A stretch of DNA of 64,000 nucleotides from Octopus sinensis (taxonomy: Eukaryota), in the NCBI RefSeq assembly GCF_006345805.1, contig NC_043003.1, forward strand, positions 102,982,001 through 103,046,000, given 5' to 3'. Below, piece by piece: positions 38,214 through 50,844 of this stretch; position 1 is the stretch's first letter; each line of letters starts with the position of its first letter. A program made the translations under genes and the position numbers. The notes beneath the pieces were generated by a model. The model worked only from the letters and a program-made list of their open reading frames with translations, did no database searches and was not told the DNA's origin.

Positions 38214-38329
38214 TGAATGGTACTCCTGGTCGTACATGTGGCTGTTGCTTAGTGCCTGGTAATATCACTATCATGATTGAGCAGGCCTATAACACTATAA
38301 CTAAATTTCAAATTTTTTGGCTTTGGGCA
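38214..38329 (+). CDS. Candidate exon (NGTPGRTCGCCLVPGNITIMIEQAYNTITKFQIFWLWA)
   Basis: T-rich acceptor ..TTTGTATCGTTAG|, donor GCA|GTAAGT, open in phase 1 to 0. Confidence 0.4.
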
Positions 38330-38429
38330 GTAAGTGTTATTTCCTATTTGCTTCTATCTAGAAATCAAAGGAAATTACTACTATTCTCTTCAAACTTTGC
38401 TTTTGTCCCCTGGACACCAATGTTTTGAA

Positions 38430-38665
38430 ACTGACCTGTTTTCTATTACATTTCAGACAGCTTCAGCGCTGAGTTGCTGAAGCAGAAATATCGTTACAGC
38501 AAATATTCTGCTCAATACCACAGATTTGCTTGTCAATTGCTTGGCCCTAATCATTTGAGCATGTCCCTTAGTGGCTTGACAATATGTACATCTCTGATGA
38601 TAAGCAGGAGTAGTTAGGGGCATCATAGCCATGTGTTGAGAAGGATTCTTTGAGGTTAGAATAAA
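38430..38665 (+). mobile_element. Fragment of the same repeat family as 60851-61385
   Basis: CAGCAAATATTCTGCTCAATACCACAGATTTGCTTGTCA is the reverse complement of about 61253-61292. Confidence 0.8.
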
Positions 38666-38829
38666 TGTAACAAAAGTAAAGTTTGAAGGAAATATTAGTC
38701 ATACGTTCTAGGGTAAGCAAATAGGACATAATACTTGCTACCCAAGGACAAAAGTCATGTTACAGAGTGTAATCAAAAGCATTCCATCCATGACCATGGT
38801 GTCGTTTTTCTTCCAAGTATCATTTATTT

Positions 38830-39040
38830 GTGCTACTTTAGCGTGAGGTCTGCTGCAGTGTCTGTGGTTAGTATAAGCTGTTAAGTGGCCTGACCTTGGT
38901 TAGGATTAGATTTATGGTTTAGAGTTTGGGTAAGGTTGGGCGTCAGAGTTAGGATTAGAGTTTACGATTAAGGTTAGAGTTAGTGTTAGATTGCACGCTA
39001 AAGTGTAAATGACCAAGTGGGCCGCACGCTAAAATGACAC
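38830..39040. mobile_element. MITE-like element with internal degenerate TTAGGG-like hexamers
   Basis: Imperfect 19-bp TIRs GTG(CTAC/TCAT)TTTAGCGTG(A/C)GG; interior GGTTAG/GATTAG/GAGTTAG units. Confidence 0.5.
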
Positions 39041-39596
39041 TCATGTATTTAATTTTAAAAGATTTCATGTGTGATTTTGGTGTGACTTGGCTGCTCTTCC
39101 TAACAAATCAAGAAATCATATAAAAAGTTCCTTTATTGGTTTCTAGTTATTTTAATATGTGTTCAAACATGAATCTTCAAAAGTTGGTGCTTGCGACCAA
39201 ACGAGATGAGATAACACCTATTCCATAAATTCAATGTTAGAAGAAAAATAAAAATGAAAATATTGAAGTATTTTCTAAACTTCAATAAATTTCATATAGT
39301 TTAGTTGTCAACATTCCAACGATCGAGTACAATTTTTTATAGGGAAAATGTTAATTTGAAGAGACATCCAAATATACACATTTTATTACTAACGAATGCC
39401 TACTAACATATAAGCGTAAATATATAAATACGTGCTTACACATACTCACACACAGACATGCCCACAGTCATGCTCATACACACACGCACATACATGTATA
39501 AATACCGTCGTGTACCTACACAATTTATATTCACATAATATGTATGTGTGTATATCAGTATATATATATACACATATATATATACACACACACACA

Positions 39597-39659
<63 letters not shown>

Positions 39660-39736
39660 TATATATTTCAAATGTAATGAATGTTTGTACATATACATGT
39701 CTACCAATATGTGTATGCATGTTTATGTGTGTTGGT

Positions 39737-39890
39737 TTGTTTATGTCCCCGTAACTTAGCGGTTCGGCAAAAGGCAGCGATAAAATAAGTTCCAGGCTTT
39801 AACAAAATGAGTGTCAGTTTGTTCCGACTAAACCCTTCAAGGTTGTGCTCCAGCATCGCCGCAGTCCAATGACTGGAAGAGGTAAAAAAT
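39737..39890 (+). mobile_element. SINE family D, 3' half
   Basis: GTTTATGTCCCCGTAACTTAGCGGTTCGGCAAAA...GTGCTCCAGCATCGCC. Confidence 0.8.
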
Positions 39891-39959
39891 AAAAGGTAAC
39901 CAGGATACGCACATATATATACACACAACAAATCACGGTGCATTATTGTGTCATTTCTA

Positions 39960-41960
39960 ATAACTGAGAGGGCGCTTTATCTTCAACTGATACAAGGTAA
40001 AACAAGATATTCTAGAAAGAAGCAATTAAAGCATGAAATTGAGGGACCAGGCAGAATGGGTTATAGAACAACTTAATTAAGAAAAGAATTAGCAAGATGC
40101 GATTTAGTTTGGCTCTGTGCCAGGACGGGGCCCCACTGAAGCATTTTCCACAGTGACATAACTATGTAAGGATTTTTGAAAAACTAAGAACACGTTACTA
40201 TCATTCGTTAACGTGGAGAAATCTTTGACTGTATTTCCGGATCTATAGCCGAGCGATCGCCAAAAAACTGTACGTAAATCAATGGGATTATGAGAACCGT
40301 ACAAGTCATATATAATATGTCTACTGTCAGCATGGTAAGAGCTAGCAACAAGTGCAATTAGAGATACGAGGAGGTGCCCAAAAGTAACTGGAAACGTTCT
40401 GTGTGGGACAAACCCGTTGTTGTTCAGGTTTCCGCCGTTAGAAACCACTTGATGCGACCCTCTGTCATCAGTTTGCCGACCGCGTTGTCGTGTGAAGTCG
40501 TACAGTCATGTGGTGCGTCTTTGTTTTGCAGTGCTTCTCCCATGTTCGTCGATTTTTGCGATGGCTAAAACGAAGGAACAGCGTGCTTCCGTGAAAACGG
40601 CGGCCATGAACAAAACACAAGTTTAAGAGTGGTTTTCATGCTTTAGGAACGGTTCCTTGTCGTTTGAAGACCAACCTCGTTCAGGGCAACTGTTGGCCTC
40701 TCGAACGAATGGAAACATCACAAAATTTCATAAACTGATCTTGAAGGACCGTCACCGAACAATTGACGAACTTGTAGATATGACCGGTGTGTCCTGGAGC
40801 TCCTACCAACGAATTTTGAGCGGGGAATTGCGAATAAAAAAAGCTGCAACAAAATTAGTGTCTCACTTGCTCACGGAAGATCAAAAGCAGTTACGACTGA
40901 ATGCGTGTCGTGAACTGAAACAACAGCTGGAAGTTGATCCGGACATTTTTTCGAAGACCATTACTGATGATGAAAGCAGCAATCAAGTCAATGGAAGTAT
41001 CAAAAGCGCGACAAGTGAAGTTCATTGTCAAGACGATGTTGATTTGTTTCGTCGATGCGAAAGGAATTGTCCACACAGAATTCGTTCCTCCTGGTCAAAC
41101 TGTTAACCATTAATTTTACTTGGCAGTTCTGAAACATTTGTGAGACGCGGTGAGACGAAAACGCCCTGACCTGTGACAAAGTGGAGAGTGATGGTTTTAT
41201 TACGACAACGTGCCTGCACACACCACCTTTAGTGTGGAAGAGTTTTTGACCAAAAATGGCATGACCTCGCTTATCCACCCTCCATATTCACCCGATCTTG
41301 CTCCTTGCGACTTTATTTTGTTCCCTCGAATTAAAAAGGTCGTTAAAGGAAAACGTTTTGCAGATGTGGAAGAGGTGAAGAAACAAAAAACGACGGAGAT
41401 GTTAACAGGCATCACTTTGCAAGAACCTCAGGACTGCTTCGGACAGTGGAAAATGTCTCTGGACCAATGTCTTGCTTCAAATGGAGAATATTTTGAAGGC
41501 GATAAATGTGTAAACATGTAAAAGTAAGTGAATAAAATAATATTGCAAAATTCCGGTTTCTTTTGGGTACACAATCGTATAGCCGTGGAAGTTGGTGTTT
41601 ATCAGGGTTCGCTTTTCAGCTCATTCTTGTTTAATATAATTCTCAAAGACATATCAGGGGAGTGTAGGAATGGCTAAGGAATCTTATATGCCGAAGACGT
41701 AGTTCTTGTAATTGAATTAAAGAGGTAAAAATCCATTCTTGGAAGCAGATACTAGAATTCAAAGATTTAATATTAGCGAAGAGAAATGTTTTCGCTAAAC
41801 TGAATAAAAGACGCCTGACCTGCAAAACTTCTACACTGTACATCTCATGTAAACTTTTGACACATAAGAGATTCAATAGGATCAGAGGCAGGTTGGCAGA
41901 AAAAGAACTCCATACGTAGCAGATACTCAGGTGTTGTAAGAACACCGATGAACTAATTTC
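39960..41960 (+). mobile_element. Decayed RTE-clade RT fragment split by a mariner insertion
   Basis: Before 40365: SFVNVEKSFD (FVDxEKAFD-like). After 41579: VEVGVYQGSLFSSFLF and LYAEDVVL (QGSxLSP, YADD). Confidence 0.7.
40367..41577 (+). mobile_element. mariner (D,D34D) transposon, about 1.2 kb, decayed transposase
   Basis: TA flanks; imperfect TIRs CGA....T(G/A)CCCAAAAG(T/A)AAC(T/C)GGAA; EDQPRSG, ITDDES, YDNVPAH-34aa-D, HPPYSPDLAPCDF. Confidence 0.95.
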
Positions 41961-42497
41961 TTTCAAATGTTTATAATTCTTTATTTTCTCCTTAGTAACA
42001 GTGAATCACCACTGTTCCCAGGGTAACCTAATTAGCAGTGGTAAAGGATATTCTGAAAGCGTATTAGTCCGAGAAAGAACTAGAGGCAAAGTAGAGAAGG
42101 GTTAAGTCAGTCAATTAAATCGACCCCAGTACATCACTGGTACTCTATTATCGATTTCTTAAAACGAGATAAAGATGGGTTCAAAAAGTGAAATGGTGAA
42201 AAAAAATGGAAAAAGAAAGATTTTAGTTATGTCCCCTTCGTAAGAGTCGTAAGGGTAGATGGTGTAGAATCAGCGGAAGGGGGTCAAATTCCTCGGAGGA
42301 ATTCGAATTTAGAACGTCAAAGCGTTGTTTCAATGAAATATTGCATGACATTTAGTCCAAGAGTTCTACTGATTCTCTCATTTACCATTAATGGGCTTGG
42401 ATCTTTTCAGGAAGACTCTAAAAAGAAATCACAATATTTCAACACTGAAAACGATTAAAGCTAATGACCCGTTGGAAAATAACACTGATCGTTTGAG

Positions 42498-42580
<83 letters not shown>

Positions 42581-43019
42581 TCTCTCTCTCTCTTCTAATC
42601 CTTCACTCTTTTTCTCTATTTTTGTCTTTGGCTTTATTTGTTTCCCTCTCCCTTACCCCTTTCTTTGCCTCTCTCTTTGTCTTCGTGTCTTTCTCTTTTT
42701 ATCGCATTTTGTATCGCTTCTCCCCCCCCCTCTCTCAATCTTGCATGAATTCCTTCCTTTAATTCATTCGGTAGGGTCAGCTTGTTTTAGCTTCCAAGGC
42801 AAAGACTATAATGGAACAACACCATTGGTTGTTTGACCTGCAAAGCAGATATCATGTCGGCATACATTATCTCTGTAGAGGAAACGTTTACAGAAGCGAA
42901 ATCGCATGGCATTTTTTGACATGTATGAAGTGAAATTTTCATTGTCAAAGGTGATTTTCAATCAATGGAGATACTGCGTCTCATGCACAGCAAACACGCG
43001 CACGCACACATACTGAGAT

Positions 43020-43084
43020 ACATACATGCATACATACATACATATATATATATACATACATACATACATACATACATACATACA

Positions 43085-43118
<34 letters not shown>

Positions 43119-43258
43119 CATACATACATACATATACATACATACATACATACATACATGCATACATACATACATACATACATACATGCGTACATACATA
43201 CATACATACATACAATACATACATACATACATACATACATACATACATACATACATAC
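43020..43258. repeat. (ATAC)n microsatellite
   Basis: Tetranucleotide run. Confidence 0.95.
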
Positions 43259-44634
43259 GAAGAAGTTTGCAAAACCAGTACTCAAGATACACTAAGTACC
43301 AACCTGCCAGGAGCAAATTATGGCTGAACTTGGATTATTGAGGAGAGAATGCAATCACTTAATACCAACGCTACACATAATCACTAAATTGGGGTCAATA
43401 CACATCTGCAATACCTTTTTAAGATTCAAAGGATGGTTAACAGAACAATATGATTTCTTTTACAACATTGCTACCAAGTAGGTGGCTGGTCAAAATTAAG
43501 AGAAAAGGAATAAAACAAAAATCACATAGACGAATGCATGCAATACAAATCGCACACGTACACAGACACACTCATATATGCGTGAGCACAAGCGCATAAA
43601 ATGGTTACGCTTTCTCACATTGCATATATATATATATATATATATATATACTTTATTTAAAAGCAGCAGAAATTTAACAAAAGCTGTTACTCGGAATTTC
43701 ACGTTCCCGTTCGTCGGACAGTTTTGTTAAAATAGAACCGATCGAACATTTTGGATCAAGACTAGCATAAGCGACACACCTTTAAAAATGGATTTGTTTC
43801 ATTGGTCCTTTCAAATAACGGTCATATGCGAGCGATAAACAAAAATAAACAAAACAAATAAATGAGTTCAATATAAAATTATAAAAATCGAGGAAAAACC
43901 TTAAATCGAAGATGCATATTATCATTAATTATGTAGAAAATATAATTCGATTAATACATAAAAATTGAGTGTTTACTCCGGTATATATATATATATACGC
44001 TCGTACACCCATACATCATCCAGTCTCGTTTGCGCACACTCGTGTGCATCCAAGCATTCACATACTCAATTATATGAGCGTATACACATACACATACTCT
44101 CGAGGAGGATGCCATATTTGTTCACTCCTAACTTAATTGATGTCTTACGTAAACCACTTCAAACTGGGATTATTCCCAATCGTGTAAGCTGAGATTATTC
44201 GCATTATGGAGGAAGTATGCAGAGGGTACGTAGTGGATAACTTTGACCTCTAATCGCGAAAATTGCCGGCTTAACGACTTCAGACAAGATGCCAGTGCGT
44301 GGTTAGCCTTTTTCTTTAATAGTATCATTGCAGCTTCTCGAATTTATGCAACTCGAGGCATATTTATTCAAGAAAGCATCAACCTTATGCGATTAATTAT
44401 AGACAAGGATGTGTGAAAATCAGGAATCTATTGATTTGAATTAATCGAAAGATTTCAATATGGATGGCCATTAAAACCAAGACAAGATTAATTCCTGATC
44501 GTAGCCGAGATTGATTCCCTCATTAGGCGGGATTAGAGAACAACTGGATCTATTGGGTGGTCAACAGAAACCGTCTCCTGTTGAAATCGCTTAATATATC
44601 ACACCCGCTACCTCAAGTGTGCTCTGTCTCACAG

Positions 44635-44746
44635 ATACTGTACGCTTAGGCTCTTAAGTTCTTGCTGCGACTTTAAACGTATTGAGGAATATTCGGCTGC
44701 GAAGGAGACAAGAGAAGTGTTTTTGAAAGACGTGATGAACATCATA
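44635..44746 (+). CDS. Possible exon or TE coding remnant (YCTLRLLSSCCDFKRIEEYSAAKETREVFLKDVMNII)
   Basis: CTCTGTCTCACAG| acceptor, ATA|GTATGG donor, open frame. No family recognised. Confidence 0.25.
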
Positions 44747-45261
44747 GTATGGGAAATCAAGATGTTCTGCACCAAATTTGAAAGAGTATGAGCAGAAATA
44801 TATGTTAACTCGAAACGCCAAAGAAGTTGAACCATGCATTCGAGTTCTAGAGCGACCAGCACTTGTGGATGGACCTAAGCTTTGGTAAAAGTTCTAGGTG
44901 TCTCGTTGATTCAGGCATACACATATATACCAAATGAATTGTTAATCTCACCCTCATTGAATAGAAGAAAACTAATTGCCGAAATTTGAGGAGCGGAGAA
45001 GATATATTACGATTCTTTGGTTGTTTATAACTAATTTCATACCGAAATATATATCAAAATAGATTGGAACTATTCTTTCCAGAGAGATAAGTTCAGTTGG
45101 TTAAAAGCCCTATCTGTTGGCAACACCCACACAAGTGAAATTTTGCGATTTCTGTGGCTGAAAACAAATCATGCACTAAGGCTGCGAAATCTGCGGAGAT
45201 TTCCTGAAGAACGACACTTATGGATCTATGAGTAGATATTATCATTTTATACGTATGTACT

Positions 45262-45332
<71 letters not shown>

Positions 45333-45802
45333 GGATATCCCGCCCTCGGAGGAAGACAAATTGTTGGTCTTCTTCTATAGAGGCGGAGAGTTTGAAAAGG
45401 TGGTGGAAAAGCACCTTTAGCCTGCACACAGGATTCCGAATGGCCTCCGCAGATAGCTGTGGAGGTCATAACGTTGGACGTGACGTTTAGGCTGGAGGGA
45501 CTCAATGAGAAATTCCTTGGGGCTGGCCAGATTGGAGCAATCTCAAGATTAATCAGCCGAAATTGCGAGGAAGATCCTGTTCTTGACTGAGGATAAAAGG
45601 CTTCGAATGACCCGTCCTTGTTCTTTTGTATCGTCTATCTGGATGTTTTGTTGTTCCTTTTTGCATCACCTAGTTGTCCGGATGTTTTTCGTTCTTGTCC
45701 CATATATACGATAAATAAAAAACGAAGAAGAAACACAAAAAACAACAACGCGAGGACGTGGTACATGTAAAGTATTAGCAGACACTCATGGAAGGAAATG
45801 TA

Positions 45803-45837
45803 GTTTTACGTTTCGAGCAAAGCTCTTCTTCAGAAAC
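45803..45837 (-). ncRNA. Minimal type I hammerhead ribozyme motif
   Basis: GUUU-CUGAAGA-A-GAGC-UUU-GCUC-GAAA-C-GUA-AAAC: intact core, stems I and II, palindromic loopless stem III (ACGU), GUA cleavage triplet. Confidence 0.7.
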
Positions 45838-46024
45838 AGGAGACAGAGGAAAGTCCAATAGAAAAGGAAGACGGAGGAAACAAAATCGCCAACGATTCCC
45901 GTGGTTACATTTCAACATATATATATATATATAGTTAATCCAAACAAGAAAACACAGAAAAAAACACAGCAACGCGAGGACGTATTAAAGTATTATTTGA
46001 CGCTCAGGAAAGAAGGGAAGGAGG

Positions 46025-46059
46025 GTTTAACGTTTCGAGCGGAGCTCTTCGTCGGAAAC
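46025..46059 (-). ncRNA. Second minimal hammerhead motif (U4C, GUU triplet)
   Basis: GUUU-CCGACGA-A-GAGC-UCC-GCUC-GAAA-C-GUU-AAAC. Confidence 0.55.
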
Positions 46060-46128
46060 AAGGAGAAGGAAAGATCCCGAGAAGGGAAGACAGAGGAAAA
46101 AAATATTTTTGCTGGTGGTGCTCAAGAG

Positions 46129-46160
<32 letters not shown>

Positions 46161-46163
<3 letters not shown>

Positions 46164-46966
46164 ATCAAAACAGTTTAATTAAAAATCGTTGGTACTCTTG
46201 AGTTTCAAGCGTGATGCTAGTCTTCAGCCATTTTGAATCTGAATGACAGAAGTTGTTTGTTATTATTGGGCTGCGAATAAACATGTGTGTGTGTGTACAT
46301 GTGTATACATGTGTGTGTATGTGCGTGTATGTGTGTGCGTGCGCACACATGTTCGTTCATGTATGTGTGTATGTGTGTGTGTGTGTGTGAGTGTATGTAT
46401 TGGGTGAGCGTGCGCATCCATGTACAGATGCACACGCTCTGGACGCAAAACCATATGAGCGCATCTACACACCCACATATACAACTATATACTTGTACAT
46501 ACCCCGCTTCCTACTTCCCCTCCAACAACCCGACCGATTTCCTCTCCACCACGCGGTCGATTTCCTGTTCACTATGCTGTATTATCCAACTAAGTCTTAT
46601 CGATGTACCAACATCAAACCACGACATCGCGTAACCTTCCTCGACCAATCGCAGCCGATACGCTAATAACAATCAACTTCTGTCATTCAAATTCAAAATG
46701 GCTGAAGACTGGCATAACGCTTGAAACTGAAGAGTACCAACGAATTTGAATCAAACTTGTTGATCCATACATGTAACTCCCAATAAATCTTTCAGTACCC
46801 TTCTGTTGTTTGTCTACACATTCGTCCAGTTGTTCCAGACCGTGTTGAGCGTCATTCGCATCACGCTTGAAACCCAAGTGTACTAACGAATTTGAATCAA
46901 GCTGCTTTGATCCATACATGTAACTCTCAATAAATTTATTGAGTGCCCTTGTTTTGTTTGTCCACA
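46161..46966. repeat. Foldback-like element: inverted arms (about 46161-46275 vs 46650-46770) plus an internal direct repeat (46720-46788 vs 46866-46936)
   Basis: About 90-bp reverse-complement match with few mismatches; about 70-bp direct unit CTTGAAAC..GTAC.AACGAATTTGAATCAA..TGATCCATACATGTAACTC. Confidence 0.8.
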
Positions 46967-47004
46967 ATAATATATATATATATATATATATAATATATAT
47001 ATAT

Positions 47005-47046
<42 letters not shown>

Positions 47047-47059
47047 TACATATGTGGAA

Positions 47060-47575
47060 AATCAGTGTGTGTTTGTTTGTGGTATTGTTAGCTAACTCCT
47101 CCGACATCGTTTCATTGATTTTGTTGAAACTTGACACGTGAGTAGAACTCATGTCTGGAAACCTCGTGACATACTTAGATTGTTGAAAGATCAATAATAG
47201 GGCCTCTGGAAGGGACCTTTATATCGACCTCATATAACACCCAAGAGAAATAACCCAAAACACCTGTACAATATTTTTTGTAACACTCAAGGGAAATAAC
47301 CTACTTCATCGTTTATGTTCGATTATTTCCAATATTTGATTTTTTTGTATGTCCTATTTCTAATTTTTGCAGACAATATCACTTTTATACTTTATTTGAC
47401 GCGTGAGTAGAACTCATGTCTAGAAACCTCGTGACATACTTAGGTTGTTGAAAAAAATCGATAATAGGCCTCTTCCAATGGATCCTTCTATCTACTACAT
47501 ATTACTAATATTTAAACTACCCAAGGGAAATAACCCATACCACCTTCAGATTTTAGCGAAGCGATCAATATTTAA
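47060..47575. mobile_element. Non-autonomous repeat with an internal 80-bp duplication, possibly Helentron/DINE-1-like
   Basis: GTGAGTAGAACTCATGTCT.GAAACCTCGTGACATACTTAG at about 47138 and 47403; GTTT-rich start; GCGAAGCG near the 3' end. Confidence 0.35.
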
Positions 47576-48999
47576 TTCTCACGATCAGCCGACCTAATTC
47601 TTCATTTCACTACTCACAGTTTTGAACTGTTAAACATTATTATTGCACTTCCTTAATTTGAATCTTAAACATTAAAGACTTCATTCATACATTTCTATAC
47701 ATACTTTTTTGAATGTCCATTACTCCGATAATTCTACATTTTTAAAGTTATACTTTTTCCATGTCAGTAGATAAATATTTTATTCCACAACGTATTTGTA
47801 GTGGCTCCATGCAGGCATAGCGTGGATTCGATCCTCGATTGCCAACTTTCGCTTAACACTTCAACAGCGCTTTTCTCACGGTAAAACAATAGTTTTTTCT
47901 GTGAATGACAGTAGTTATACATTCCCCAAATGCTTTTGCTAAGCAGAATAATATCTTTGCCTCCCGCCAACCTCCAACAATCTCTCCCTCATCCAGCTGG
48001 CAGTTGTTTGTATTTTTTCGTGACGGAAAATACACCTTTTGTGACAGTTATAACGAAATTGCTTTCTTATATCAGAGTAATAAGGCATTTCAATAGAACA
48101 TCTTTACCCCCGGGAATTACAGGGTACACCAGCTAGTATATATATATATATATATATATATAATAGGCTATGAAAGGTGAAATATTTTAAGTAAAAAAAG
48201 ACGTGTATTTCATATTGTTTGTTCTCAATTCTTAATTTATGCAAATTTGAGATAATTCTCCTTGAACAAAAGTCCTTCCATTGTCTCTCATTTTCACTCT
48301 TGTATTTCTTTGTATTAAAATATTAAGGTCTAATTAAAGGTACATCTGACAACTTCAACTTGAGTTTTGCTTGAGTTTTCAGTTTTATAAGAACAACAGA
48401 TGATACCATAAGTATTCTTTATTTCCTGGGCAACTGTGACGGATAGCTTTCAATAACGCAACAAACAGATTAACTTTAGTTAAAGAACGATAGTTTCTTC
48501 AATTGTGGTTAATTTTAATTTGATGTGGCGTCCATTATTTCATCGAAGTGTTGATAGTAAATCTGACAACACTTTAGCCATATTTCCGTGATGTATCCAA
48601 CTCCACGACTTCTCATTTGCCTCATCCTTTTTCATCATATATTTTGTAAATTTAAATCTAAACTTTCAATAATGAAAGTACTTAAAGACCGGAAGTATTC
48701 GATGATGAAATTATTTACATTTTCTATTATGTCTTCTAAATCCTTCAATAGTTTAAGGTTGATGACAATAAATCGATGAGACGTGAACGTTAGCTATAAA
48801 CATTTAGTTACAAGTTCTATTTATTTATTTGTTTTTCTAACTTATGTGCTTTCTTATATCCTTATGTTGGTGGTTTCTCGTTTGATCGATGAAAAGCCCA
48901 GGTATTTCGTCTTCTAATGCAGTCCTCAATATTTGGGGCCTTATGGCCAATAAAAGAAATTATTATTTTTATGTTTTAAAAACTCACAGCTTATTTTGC

Positions 49000-50690
49000 T
49001 GGGTATGATGGAAAGTGTCAGCTGTCCACAACCAGCAAACTAAAGTGACACTTGGTTACTGGTCTGCAAAGAATTCTTGCAGTTCCAAGCAATGCTGATT
49101 TTTGCTGGTGTACTACCTTCACACTTGCATCAATCATTTTTAGCCATGTTGGTAGTTAACTGCTGGTACTTCCAAGTGACCCAATTACTATTGATATCAC
49201 ATCTACTCTCCTCATTGACCACAACCTTCGTATTTCCCACTTCGAATCGTCAGAGTTGTTTATATTTTTCTTCTTTCACATTGATTCTGTTGTCACCGGG
49301 GCATGCTCTGTCGATTATCATGCATGTTCTTTCATTTCTATTCACAACAATGCCCGGTTTCCAATGTCTGGTCAGGTGTTCACACTGGATCATTGTATCT
49401 CACAAGATTTTGCAATTCTCATTTTCGTTGACTCCTTCTGGGGTTTGCTCATACCACATCTTTGCTCTTTGTAGGCCATGATTTCCACAGAGTTCCCAAC
49501 GGATCATTCTTGCCACATTCTCGTGGAGTCTTTTATATTCGAGTTTTGCAAATTTCGGTCACTCGCTAACAATGTGGCATACCGTTTCATCACCCTCACC
49601 ACATATTCTGCATTTGTCGCTGTCAGTAGTGTTGTCTATTCTGCACTTCACATAGTTGATCCTTAACGCTTGTTCTTCAGCTGCGCATGAGTGCTTCTGT
49701 TTCTATCTTCAGGTCACAACTCCTCATCCATAGCCACCGGTCCTCTGTATCTGTCTTGGCGTTCACATCTCTTGCAAACTGACCGTACAATTTTTCCTTC
49801 CATACTTTTTTTTTGTGTTCATTTCTTGTTTTAAATTTTTCTTTCATTACACAATTTTCAGATTTGATGACGCCAACCTTCTTCGTATGTTTTAGCAATG
49901 GCTCCACAGCATTTTTTTATATACCACCCTAAGATATTTTCCTCTCCTGGCAACTGATCAACCCTCTTCCATCCTTTATTTTGGACAAGCACAGCCTATC
50001 AGTGTCACTTTTAGGGTGGAAGACTCCGTGTACTGTCAAAATTTTTCTGGTTTTGGTGTCCATTTTAATCACTTCTCTCTTTTGCCATTTTATAATTACC
50101 GCTCAATACCGAAGTGATGCTATTGCCCATGTATTAACTGCTTGGATTTTATTCCATCCAGTCAATTTTGAGCGCAACACCAACCTTACTCTTTGGAAAT
50201 GCTTTGTCAGTTGCTCTTTCATTTCCCTCTCCATTATCTCGTTGGACTCTAGTACACCAAGATATTGTAACTTTCCGTTTTAATTTCTTTAATGAAGTCT
50301 CTATTCGGTAAGTATATCCCTGCTAGGAACTGTACCTCGCCACTTTTTAGGTAGATTATTCCGCACTTCTTCAGTCCAAATTCCATTCTAATATCAGTGC
50401 TAAAACAGTGGACCGTGTTCAGCAAGGAACTCACTTGTGTCTCATACTAGCCATACAGTTTCAAATCATCTCCGATGACGAGGTAGTTGATTGTTTGGGA
50501 TTTCCCCTTTAGTAGGTAACCCAGGTTCATTTTCCTAAGAACCAAAGTCAGGGGTGTCATGCAGAGAACGAAAAGCAACGGAGATAATCCCTCTTCTGAC
50601 ACCCAGAGGGCTTAAGCTTTTTCCGTAAGATATCAGTTTAGTTTTCCACTCTACCATAATTCTCTTCAGGAAACACGTTACATTCCATAC
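49000..50690 (-). mobile_element. R4/Dong-clade RLE retrotransposon, decayed 3' half
   Basis: LSPLLFVLCMTPL and GDDLKLYG (RT); LYGQF..WLWM....LKIETEAL; ACPGD and LLGTARIL (RLE C-terminus). Confidence 0.85.
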
Positions 50691-50702
50691 AATTCCTAAC
50701 AG

Positions 50703-50705
<3 letters not shown>

Positions 50706-50772
<67 letters not shown>

Positions 50773-50773
50773 A

Positions 50774-50833
<60 letters not shown>

Positions 50834-50840
50834 TATTATT
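50706..50840. repeat. (ATT)n/(GTT)n microsatellite
   Basis: Trinucleotide run between two retroelement fragments. Confidence 0.95.
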
Positions 50841-50844
50841 ATTT

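Larger units (their letters stand above)
45700..46130 (-). mobile_element. Two tandem diverged copies of a 200-bp hammerhead-bearing repeat separated by (AT)n
   Basis: Shared CAACGCGAGGACGT..AAAGTATTA..ACGTTTCGAGC..AGCTCTTC..GAAACA. A third relative lies at about 21225-21400. Confidence 0.75.
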
